DNA of 64,000 nucleotides from Cirrosporium novae-zelandiae (Eukaryota): NCBI GenBank assembly GCA_026023565.1, contig JAPETS010000033.1, positions 1 to 64,000 of the forward strand, read 5' to 3'. Shown piece by piece: positions 23,091 to 34,666 of this stretch (position 1 is its first letter; each line of letters starts with the position of its first letter). The notes under the pieces were generated by a model. It saw only the letters and a program-made list of their open reading frames with translations, ran no database searches and was not told where the DNA came from. The position numbers and the translations under genes were made by a program.

Positions 23091-24630
23091 TGTAAGATAG
23101 GAGGGAGAGGGAGAGGGATGGTGGATATATGACTGAATAAGTGAATAAGTAGCATAGGGAACATAGGGAGCGAGAATAAGAACAAGAACATAGGAATAAT
23201 ATCAGAACAAGAATAATGATACCATACTAAAGTACATCTACTTCATCACCTCATCATTAGCATGACATAGCAAGAGCAGGGGTAGTAGTAGTAGGTCTAT
23301 GTTTATTTCTATAATAGATTGTACAGTATATCGGAGATTGGAGATTGTAGACTGTGATATTATATAATATGATATAAGATAGCATGGCATGGCATGGCAT
23401 TGCATAGGCTTAGTAGACAGTATTTAGTAGACACCAAGTAAGATACACATATGAATATCCACTATAAATCAATTCCAAATCAACCACAAATTAATCAATC
23501 AAGCTCTTCGATATACTTACCATTCCTCCCACCCCCCTTTCCCCCCATCCACCCATACTAATGGCAATAGCAATAACAACGGTGAAAGTGCCCTACAGAC
23601 CTTTGCTTTTACAATATTTTACGATCTTCTACAAGCCCTTTCCGCTTTCTGTGTCATGCCCCCCCAAAAAACCTCCCAAGTATATATATATATATAATCA
23701 TAAAATACATATCCTCTTTCTCATTTCCTATTTCCTATCCCTCTTTTCATCTTATACATTCCCAATATCACGTACTCAAGCTAAAGTGGAGAGTATACAT
23801 TTTGTTATTTTTGTTGAAATGGGAAGGGAAAGGAAGGGAAGGGAAGGAACGAGAAATGGGATAGAAATGGGGGAGGTAAGTGATACGGTATAATGGTACT
23901 TAGAAGGGAAAGGGAGGGGTGAGGGCACATATAGGGGGGTATGGAATGGGATGGGAGGGTAGATATAAGAGGGAAGAGGTAGAAATGGGATGGGATGAGA
24001 TGGAATGGGAAGGGAGAGGAAAGGAGTGATTGGTTTAAATTAATCGGATCTGATTTGATTCAATGTACACTCCTTTTTGGTATAGATGGATGGATGGATG
24101 TATGTATATATGTAAATATATTTAAGGATTCTGGCTGCCTCTACGCAATCTACAGTACGACGAAACTTTGATTCCTTAAAATGACTATCAATTGTTAAAG
24201 AGCTTTTAATGCTAGGGATTACTTTCATAACCTGGTATAATCTATCTATTTACACACGCCCCCCCCTTTCCTTTCCAGCTGAAAAAAACAAAAAACAAAA
24301 AACAAAAAACAAATAAACAAATAAACATTGGTTTGTAATGTGTATCCAACCTTTTTTAATTAAAAGTACCCGGACTAATCCGTATGACTGCCACTCTGGT
24401 GGTGGTTTGGTTCGGTGTCGTTAACCTCATTATATATGCTTGATGTTGTGCACTAAATCCCATTTCCCAAGGAATGACAAAAACTCCGATTTAAATGCCA
24501 ATGAAAAACTCTTGTAGAAAGAACCTACTCCCAATAATTGGACAACAAAAAACATTTGGGAGTATCCACCACAGCAAAGAAAAAAATGGATGGCCAATAA
24601 AAACAGGAAGTAAACATGGTCAATTCCAGA

Positions 24631-27600
24631 TTATCCTGGCCTTCGAAATGTTTCCACGCCCAAAGTTGGTGTCTCGACATATTTGTTTCCTGGAACACCT
24701 TCATTTTTCCTCCTTTCAAAGAAATTTTGATTTTCTAAAACAACTTGCGCCCATTCCGCCAGGGCTCTTCCCGAATATATATTAGTCCGCACAGCGATAC
24801 CTGTGGGTGCTTTTGCTTCAACGTCGTACCATGATCGGTTTTTTGATTGTATGTACAGTTGCGCTGGTGGAGGAAGTCTAGGAGCATAGAGCTTCTTGCT
24901 TCGGCCAATCGTCAATGAGCGATCTACCCATTCAAGGGAGAACTTGAAAGAGAACATTTGATGGAGTGGTGGAGATGTGTCGCTGCGACTCCCGCCAGAA
25001 TCGTTAGAGTTGTTCCTGCTATTTCTGGGTCGTGTTGACCGGGAGCCAGGAGGGGAATCATCGAAATCTGTATTGACGGAGCCTATTCGCGCCGGAGGGG
25101 TTTTCAAACGATGATTATCCTGAGTGGACGCTTGACCCGTAAAGGGTACCATACCTTTGAACATGCTCCAACGTTTTCTGTTGGCATGGGTAGTACGGGT
25201 CGTTTCTGATGCAGCGAACTTTGCCTCGTATTCCGAGAGAGTTTTGAGGGAAGTATGGCTTCTATAATCAGGCGTCTGAGGTAACGAATGTGGAGGTACA
25301 ATCTTATCCAAGGACAGCAGGCCAAAAGGGATTGGGGTGGTGTCATTTCTAATAATTACGAAGCGGCGGCCGGGGGCTGGAGCGCAGGCTGCCGTCGAAG
25401 GAGGCATACCATCCTTTGTCACAGTGTGCTCTTCAAGATATAGGAAATTAGACATTACGGTATTGAGTCTTTCATGAAGTGTCTCCAAAATCTCACTGCA
25501 ATTACATTAGACGGGAAAATCGAGATGGCAAGAAAACTTACGTGTCGAGATCCGATGGTTCCCCATCAAGCCGGGCTAACCGCCAGCAAAGCAGTCGATG
25601 ATAGTATGCCCGGACCATGGGACACCAATGATTGAATTGTCGTTCAAAGAAATCCTTTTCCAAAAGCCATCCTAGACATAAATCCCTTTTGCGTTGTGGG
25701 TCATCATTAATAATGTTCCAGGTGCTGTATAGTAGTGCAAACAAACGAATCTCGGTTATTGTGTTTTCGCTCTGCATCATCTTTCTACAGACATCGAGCC
25801 AGAATGGCCAGTCCAGAACAGTGGTGCTCGGGTCTACGTTCTGCTGGAAACGGAACAGAATAGTAAGAGCCTCTTCCATAAAATCTCCTAATGTAAAACA
25901 AGCGTTATGGTCATAAAGCGATGTTCTTCGTGCGGCGGCTTTCATGATTTCTGCAAATGTGAGGGCAAAGTCTTTTCTCGCTCTGGTCAGCCCCGAGTTG
26001 GACTCAGCGAGTAAATCTCTTAGGAGCATGATTAACCGATTTTCAGCCATGGATCGAACTATGTTTGTTGGAGGTAGCGGCAGGGCAGTCGCGGATGCAT
26101 CTGCACCATCTAGCAAATCATCAAAGGTTACCGCTAGAGGACCGCTGGCAGTGTCCGTCATCGGCTGACTTCCCGGACGATGAATTGTGCCGTCCATGAC
26201 AGTCAAGATCTGGGAATGGACATACGCAACTCCGGGAGCACGTATCTTGGATTGGTTATCGGTGCCCTCGGCAAAGTAACCCGAGAGGAGAATGTGAAAA
26301 TGTTTAGTGAATCCATAAAACAAGTCTGTTTCCGCCCCTGACCATCTTCGAATCCAAGGTCCATACCAAGGTATATTTCCGGCTCCTAACGGAAAGGCCG
26401 CCGGGCGCTTCAAAAGACCAATGGTTGACGCTACTGACTTGACACTGAGTGTTCGAATGCACGGGGGGAATCCCATGGCGATTTCCTCCGTGATATCCTC
26501 CAAAAAAGTGCTTCGACTAATTCCGGCTTCCGCCAGCACTCGTCTGACGGTGTCGGCGGGGATATTCCATAAGCGAATGAGTATATGTGCTACACCGGGA
26601 CAGAAAAAGAATGCATAGGCTGTTGCTTTCCCACAAAAGGTGACGAGACTGGCAGGAGCACTTCGCAAGGACATTTTTTCAACAACAAATGCCATCTGGG
26701 AAAGTAGATTTTGGGTAAAGATATTGCGGACATTGTGATATACAGATTCCGCTAGGAAATCAGAACCGCCAGATTCTATGGAAGTAGTGGATACTGATCT
26801 TGGAAACGACCGCTGTGAATCTGAAGGGGTCGGGTACATGGCGATACGCCATTCAGGTCTCATCATGATTCCAGCCGCAGCATCAAGAATGGCTGGTCTG
26901 TCAGTTCCCATTAAAGATTGATTGTTTTTTCCGTGGAGTAGCTCTAGAAGCGCAATCCACCATTTGTTTAAAATATTTGCTCGTCTATCAAGATCCTCTG
27001 GCCGTAGCATGTTATTAGACGGATGATCAGCATATCGACTAATGAATGGCAAAAGAGAGGCTTTTACGACGGTTGTTTTCAAAGCGCTAGGTTTTGTTAG
27101 AAATCTGAACGGGATCAGTAAATATACGGTAAATATTCAATACATATGATTGGTTACAAACTTTTGATAGTCAGCGTCCAGGGTCCTGAACACGCTCCAG
27201 AGCTCATCTTTTTTGCGAAATACCTCTGATCCCACCTTCTGTAATTTCTCCATTGATGGGTTACTTGGCAGCGGTGGGACCCCTTCATTTGAATGATGTG
27301 ATCTCATGAAAGATGACAACCGATCCGAGGAAAGGGATTGGCGTAGTGAATGCATAGACGGACTCTTCGGAATGTTCGTTTCGGATTTGGTCCTGGGAAG
27401 AATTACGCTTAATGGTCGTCGGGCTTTTTGGAGAACTGTCTCTTTGCGCCTCAAAGTTACTGGGGGAATGGGTACATCTGGAGGATCAATAGGAAATTTG
27501 CTGGGTGAAGAACGAGAGGACAAAGGACGTGGAGGTGCAACGTGAGCTGGGGGCGGTAGATCTGGAATATGTCTGATATCATGATTTGTAGACTTTTTGG

Positions 27601-28369
27601 CCGGTTGTTCCTTTGGAGTAGGTTTTGGTGAAGGAGATCTCGAGGTGGGTGTTGACTTTGGGGATAACCACGACCTTCTTTTGTTGTTGAAATTTGTAAA
27701 AGAGTTTCCCAAGGAGTGGGACTTGACATCGCGTTCTTTGGATTCATCATGATGTTTCAGTGCAGACTTGAGGGCAACTTCGGGTGTGGTTTTTGGGGTG
27801 GTCTTGGTTGTAGACTTGGAGGCTGTGGCCTTGGATGATAGCAGATTCTGGGTATTCAACTCCTGAGCGGGAGATGCGTTCTCTCCCTCCTTTCCCTTTT
27901 CTTTCCCCTTTTCTTTCTCTATCGAGAGGGTCTCAGCAGAGGATAAACTAAACTTGGAAATATTTAATTTGGGACCAAACTTGGAGAACCCAGACTTTCG
28001 CCGTTCTAGTTTCTTCTTTTTCAACTTCACGTGTTCATCCCCGGTAACTGGGATGGTTGGTTGTACAACTTTGACCCCCTCATTTTGTTGGTGTAAGAGA
28101 CCTTCGGAAAAGGCCCGTTTAATATTCACCTCGGAAAAGTCATGCTGCGTCTCAGATTCAGCAGGGATGTTTGTGTAACTGGCTGCTTTGGGGAGGTGAA
28201 CGGCTGCAGAATTATCATGATATCGATCTTGGGCATCCACATTGACCTGCAACGGGATGTTGTTGTTGGACTTTTGAGATAACGTTAGCCGACTTTGCCG
28301 GGCTGTTGCATGTTTGGACTGTGGAGAATCCGCCTTGTATCTTGTAGGAGAGACCAGCTTTCCTGCCAT
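24631..28369 (-). CDS. DUF1765-family conserved fungal protein; introns 27105-27161 and 25496-25541
   Basis: Three ORFs join in phase. KDELWSVFRTLDADYQKF, FCGKATAYAFFFCPGVA, FNHWCPMVRAYYHRLLCWR, YSGRALAEWAQVV.E..NFFERRKNEGVP. Confidence 0.85.
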
Positions 28370-30265
28370 GAAAGCGAAAGGATGTGAGGCGGTATGGGGG
28401 GGGGGGGGGTTGGCTATACAAGAATCGCCATGAATCGAGTAGGTTTATATGTGGTAGCGAGTGGGTATTTTTTTTCCGTCTCTTCAGAATTCTTTGGATT
28501 TCTTGTGAGCGAGGGCAACAAGACGGTATAGTAACGGCTGAGCAGACTTTGATGTGAACTCTAAGAGGTATGAAGCTTTGTGATATGGTTTGAGACGATG
28601 TGCTAATTGAACAGCAGCTAACAGCCGAGTATCCGCTCCTACCACCAACGAAGGGAAAGGAGGTTTTGGTTTAGATCAACCTGCCGAAAGATATGTTAAT
28701 AAAAAATAGTGATGGATAGCGATTTAGAGTAGTTTAAGAGAAAACAGGGTGGTGGAGCCGTTTGGTGATCCTGTGGAGTTGTGTGAGTGTGAGAGTGGTG
28801 GGTGTGTGTGGAAATAGTAGATAGATAGTTAGGTAGAGGTAAGTAATGGTCGAAGAGTGACCGAGTGACCGAGTTGATCTTTGTCTGCTATCAACAACCT
28901 GGTAAAAAAGAAGAATGGCACAATGAATGGGGTGAACGAATGCTGTTTTGGTGATGAAATGTTGGTAAGACTGGTTTATCCCTCGACTGGGACGGGGATC
29001 CCAGAATTGCAGATTGCGCTGACGACGAGTTTAGACGAGTCAATGGGGCTAATTGGCTATGTGGCTGCGGCTTATGACGGGCTATAGATGGAACTATAGA
29101 ACGGGGGAGCTAACTGGCAAGTCAGTGGATCCAGGAAGGGAGGGCCATTGACAAGACAGGGAACATTGATAATCCATCATTAATATTTCCTCATTGTTGT
29201 TGTTGTTCTTGTGCTCAGTAAGTTACTAGGTACATCTCTCTCTTCCATAACTTTCCGATACTTTTCATCACTACAAATAGTCCTAGTACCGACTTACCCT
29301 TCCACTAATCAATTAAAACTAATTACTTCCACCACTCCTGGACAAAGTTGCTGATCCGTCGTTCATTAGTCTCTCCAATAATAGAAACACTAGCAAAGGT
29401 ATTCAATGTGTGTGTATGTGTGTCTGAGAGCATAGTAAGAGTAAGAGTACGAGAAGTAAAAAAGGTCAAGTTTGCCACAATTCTCACTGACTCTCTTTTT
29501 TTTTTCTGTTTCTTCTTTTCTGTTTCTTCTTTCCCGGATTCCTCATGTCCTTTACTTTTTACTTATCTCCTCGATAGTAATTATACTTTGTCATGATAGT
29601 CATAATGGGGAGTTTTTAGCCTAGGTTTCCAGGTATCTGCCACCGCATGGGATCCTGTCATTGGGATTGATAAGAAAAAAAGAGCTCGTGGGCTTAAAAC
29701 ATCGGGGCTGAGTAACAATGGGAAGAAAACACTATCGTCTCAGATATCGGAATAATAAAATGTTGCTTTGATTCACCAATCGTCTCATCTCGTGGTCGCC
29801 GTCAACGTACTATGGCTGCATCAAACTATTATAACGTACATGACATCTGTTGACAATTGTGTGTAACATGGTACCATGGCTTTCATAGTTGCTAACTTGT
29901 TACGCTCTTGTCCACATTTCGACCTAAGTGGGTCTTGATCAAAGCTGAACCTCTAAAACCCCCCCAAAGACATGGCACTGTCCTCTTTCTAGAAAGCATG
30001 GAATATCAAAAAACCCCCCAAATCATCCACATTGGGCCATTCGTGAGACGGTTCAACAAGATAATCGGTGAGACTCGCCTAGACGCGATTACGCATGTAC
30101 CAAAAGAGGCTGCAAAATAAACCCACATTGGAAATGTTACTGATCCCATGGTTGGAAAAATGTTATGGAGACTAGAGTTAACACCACAATGCAATCGACG
30201 TTACATATGCCCGGAAAATATACAGTCCTTTTCGTTGTGTCAATCGTCCTATTTCTCGTTCTCGT

Positions 30266-30771
30266 TTAATGGCCATGTGCTGCTTCTTCTTCTTCTTCGT
30301 CCTCCTCCCACCAATCATCATCCTTGAGAGTAGTAGTCTCCCCTGTAGCTGCTTGGCCCTCTACTTCAACCGTCTGTTCCTCATAAGCCTTTAGATCCTT
30401 TGCAATATCACTTTCCTCGGGGGAAACTGGAGTTTTTGGAGGCGAGAATTTCTGGACGTGACCTTCGGCATCGTTCGGCTTAACGGGTGCGGGCTTGTAG
30501 TTACGAAGTTCCTTGAGGTAAAGATCCTGGACAAGATCGGCTGAACGGTAGAGAATAAACAATTGATATTTTTAACATTGACATCAAGCATGTGAACATA
30601 CCTCGTCGAACTGCTGTTGGGGCTATAAAGGTACGTTGAAAGGTGGGTGCGCGTTGCCGGACCATACGGGCAACCGAGGGGCGCTGAAATCAATTAGAGT
30701 TGAGTTCTTACACAACTATAGAGCAAAAGACTTGAATTACTCACCATGGCCCTTAAAGATAGTGTGAGCAT
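30266..30771 (-). CDS. ATP14: Mitochondrial ATP synthase subunit h; 2 introns
   Basis: Arg-rich presequence MLTLSLRAMRPSVARMVRQR..RTFIAPTAVRR, then ADLVQDLYLKELRNYKP and an acidic tail. Confidence 0.92.
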
Positions 30772-31647
30772 GGCTATGAAGTATGGTGAGAGGAGATTTC
30801 TGGTAGCTTCGGAGATGCCTGGAGGTTGGATATTATCACAGGTGACAGGAAGGAGATTCTTGTTGGTTAGACTTGTTTAAGCTCAAAAAGTTGGAAAGTT
30901 CTCTGGGATTTGCGGCTCGGTAGATTCTATCACGTGATCAGTCGACTTCCAAAGTCAGCCGCCATCACTTTTCCATTCTTTTGGTGGTCGTATGAGCCTC
31001 ATCTTGTAGTATTTCTTTCTACTCTTTCAACCTTCTGCCATTTCCTTCTGTCAACCTCTATCTTTTCTCGACCACGAATCTTATCGACTATCTGTAAGGT
31101 CATCGACGAACGCCTTGCGGACACCTTTACTGGTTAATACAGTCGAATAAATTCACAAATCCCTCCGTCATATCTCTCACCTGGACTAGTTCGCACGGTC
31201 GAACAAGTCCGATCACTTCTTTGCGGTTTCCAGCACAACCCGCTTTCACTGTTTCCAACACCTAAACAGTAGCAAAACTTCTTTCTCGGTTCTAAACACT
31301 AGTCACCTTCACTCTCATCATCCTTTACTCGCCATCTTTCAAATCGACATCGACTCTGATTCACTAAGCTTCCATCGACCGAAACGTGAATAAAGAACAA
31401 AGAACTGTACCAGGTCGATCACAGTCTCCATTTAAACCATCCGCTCCCTTGTTTGCTTGAGGGGCAGTCGACTGTCCTTCGAGCTACCTAAGTAGTCAAA
31501 CTGTACTCGCCACTCTTTATCCGCACATTCGCTCGTGGACATAACCTAAGGGTCACTGCAAGAGGGATCAAGAGACGTCAAAGACAATACTACGAAAAGG
31601 TTAGAGAAGACAGAGAGACAAGGTTGAAACAAGAAAGAGATCTTAAG

Positions 31648-32694
31648 ATGAGCAACTCTCAGGAGCCTTGGCGGGAGAATCTCAACGACGTTTTGATATG
31701 CAAGGATTGTCAAGAGTTTCCACCCCATATCGAAGAAGAGTTTTCTTCCGGTGACTTGGTCTGTGGATCATGCGGTCTGGTTCTGGATAACCGTATCGTT
31801 GATACTCGATCGGAATGGCGTACCTTTTCTAATGACGACCAAGGAAATGATGACCCCTCTCGAGTTGGTGATGCAGCCAACCCTCTTTTAAATGGTTCCC
31901 AACTTGCTACCAGCATCTCCTTTAGTGATGGTGGTTCCGGCCGCGGTAAAGAGTTGCATCGTGCTCAGAACAAGGCGACCCATGACAAGGCAACCAAAAG
32001 CCTTCTGGCAGCATACAAGGAGATTGGAGCTCTCTGTGATGGCTTTAAGGTTACCAAGACTGTCGCTGATACCGCCAAGCACTACTTCAAAATGACGGAT
32101 GACAAGAAGGCCTTTAGAGGTAAAGCTCAGGATGCTGTTATTGCTGGGTGCATTTTTCTGGCGTGTCGAAGCAACAACGTCAGCCGATCGTTTAATGAGA
32201 TCCACCGACTAACCCGTGTACCCAAGAAGGATATCGGTCGCATGTTCAAGCAGCTAGAAGTCTTCTTCAATAAAGAAAATGCAGAACGAGCAGCCAAACG
32301 AGAGAAGGAAGGCCAACATGCATCTATTCCTGGCATGGATGACTACCAATCTACACATTCAACCACGGCAGCCGACCTTATCGCACGTTACTCTTCATCC
32401 CTCGGTCTTTCTCACCGTGTCGGAGTTGTCAGTGAAGACCTTGCTAGAAAAGCTTCAAGCGTTGGCGCTCTTGCAGGTCGCTCTCCCGTTTCCACCGCTG
32501 CTGCATGTATCTACATGATATCCTATTTGTATGGGCAGGGAAAGACACCAAAGGAGATTGCAGCAAATGCTGGTGTCAGCGATGGCACAATCAGGACTGC
32601 ATACAAGTTTCTTTACGCGGAGCGTGAGCAGCTGATCGACCCAAACTGGTTAGGAGATGGGAAAGGTGATATGAAAAATCTACCATCAACCTAA
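31648..32694 (+). CDS. SUA7: Transcription initiation factor TFIIB
   Basis: Zn ribbon CKDC..CGSCG, B-reader DTRSEWRTFSNDD..DPSRVG and two cyclin folds (GRSP..AAACIY, GVSDGTIRTAYK). Confidence 0.97.
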   Translation: MSNSQEPWRENLNDVLICKDCQEFPPHIEEEFSSGDLVCGSCGLVLDNRIVDTRSEWRTFSNDDQGNDDPSRVGDAANPLLNGSQLATSISFSDGGSGRGKELHRAQNKATHDKATKSLLAAYKEIGALCDGFKVTKTVADTAKHYFKMTDDKKAFRGKAQDAVIAGCIFLACRSNNVSRSFNEIHRLTRVPKKDIGRMFKQLEVFFNKENAERAAKREKEGQHASIPGMDDYQSTHSTTAADLIARYSSSLGLSHRVGVVSEDLARKASSVGALAGRSPVSTAAACIYMISYLYGQGKTPKEIAANAGVSDGTIRTAYKFLYAEREQLIDPNWLGDGKGDMKNLPST

Positions 32695-34666
32695 GGTTCC
32701 ACGAGGCACTGTATGATGTCTAGAATTCGCCGAAATTAGAAGAATTCGGCAGATAGTTTCCGGGAGGGGTATGCTTTATCAGCACTTTAGACCATGCTAT
32801 CATCCTTTCATGTCTAGCCGTTGTTTATTTTTGGATGGAAGATACCACGAAGCTCCAAGTCAACTTAACATCACACATGAATTGGCTAGGCATCTCTGTT
32901 TGCATAGATCCAAATGCCCACCCTACTATCATTAGAAGATACTTAACTCTACTTTATATCCATCATGAGCATAAAGTGGTGGGAGACATCGGGATGAAAG
33001 CAGGAATCAGCCGAGTATGTGAACGTCAAGGGAGAAACTTTCCTTTTTTTCTTTTTTTCTTTTTTTCCCATACCCCCAGGGATTAAAGCATTGACACATC
33101 ATTTCATGCATATGCAGCGGCCGAGCAAAAATTGATACCTTCTTTCCTTCCATGCATTCAACTTGCACTTTCTAATCTTAAGCTTAATATCCCAACGGTG
33201 GAGTTTACAATACCTATACCCCCCTCTGCTAGAGAATACTACAGGGGGACTGAAGGGGAAGCAAGAGTGAGAGGAGATATGCTAAAAAAGCACTTGAGGG
33301 AATGAATAAACAAAACAAAAAAAACTGGCATGGCATAGCATAGCATTGCGGGCATCTCCTTATTTCCTATTTCCTTCATTCCTTTCTTCGGAGGTTTCTT
33401 TTTTTTTTAAAAAAAAAGCGTACACCATGATTGATCTCACTGATCCATTTGATTTGATTCGATTCATTATCAAGATTGAATACTCTCCCCCCCCCCCCCC
33501 AACACATTCATTCAAACACACACAACATAAAAAGGGGGAGGGGTGGGGAAGCATAGACAGACGGACAGCCAGGACAAGCTACAGAAATTAAAATTGTTTT
33601 GATACAAAAAAAATATTTAGATGTAAAAAAATTAAAAAAAAAGTTTTTATGCAAATTTGTAAAATGTACCTGCTAAGTATTTATTTATATAAAAACAAAC
33701 AACTAAATAAACCAAACGGATAAATAAACTAAAAGAAGACTTACTCTATAATTATATGTATCTAGCTCATCTCTCTCTTTTCTCCTCTCTCTTTTTATCT
33801 TTATTTTGGGAATATAGGAAGATGGGGGCGGGAGGACGTAGGGGATACTCTGGGTATGTGGGATTGGGATACGAAATAGGGGTAGCTAACAATGACTCTC
33901 AAAATTCCATGGATAGACAGCCTCTTCCCACCCACACCTTCCACTACTCTCCCTCTCCCTCTTTCTCACCCCCTTAAATTAAAACAAAAATAAAAAAATC
34001 CTTTCTAATTACCTAGGTAGTAATTAATAAAAGAAAAAATTTCTTCAGAGTTGATTTTTACCTTAATATGGTTCATGGTATCATATCATATATACTATAC
34101 AAAATAAAAATCTTTAGCAGTACTACCTAATTACTGTAGACCTAGTTTCTGATAGAATAGATATTTATTAATTGGTACCCTAGGTAATAATTATCACAGG
34201 AAAAGCCAGTCCTTCTCTCAGTGTGTACCCCAATGCCAATTCATTCTAGTTCTTCCTTTGCGGTCTGAAGGAGAAAAAAAAAGGAGAATGTGAAAAAGAA
34301 AAATTCTAATACATAATAATCTCTCTTCTTGATTGTAATGAGGAAAGAATAAGAATATGAGAGAGAATAGGCGAGAGCGCTTTTTCTCAAAAAGGGAGGT
34401 TCGCTTGCTTGATTGCTAATTAATGTAATGAGATTTAGTAGTCACACTCATCTTTCTTTCTTTCTCTCCAATAGCTAGTTAGAAATACTTCCTTTCTTTT
34501 TTCTTTTGTTTTCTAACTAACCCTTTTGGGTTTCCCAGTTGGTTGGTATGTTGGTATATTGGTATATCAAAACACCGTATTCCACTTCACGTTCAAGTCC
34601 TTCCATTTCACCATTTCTTTCACCGATCCATATCCACCATCTATCTTCGCACATTCTTTCGTTATA

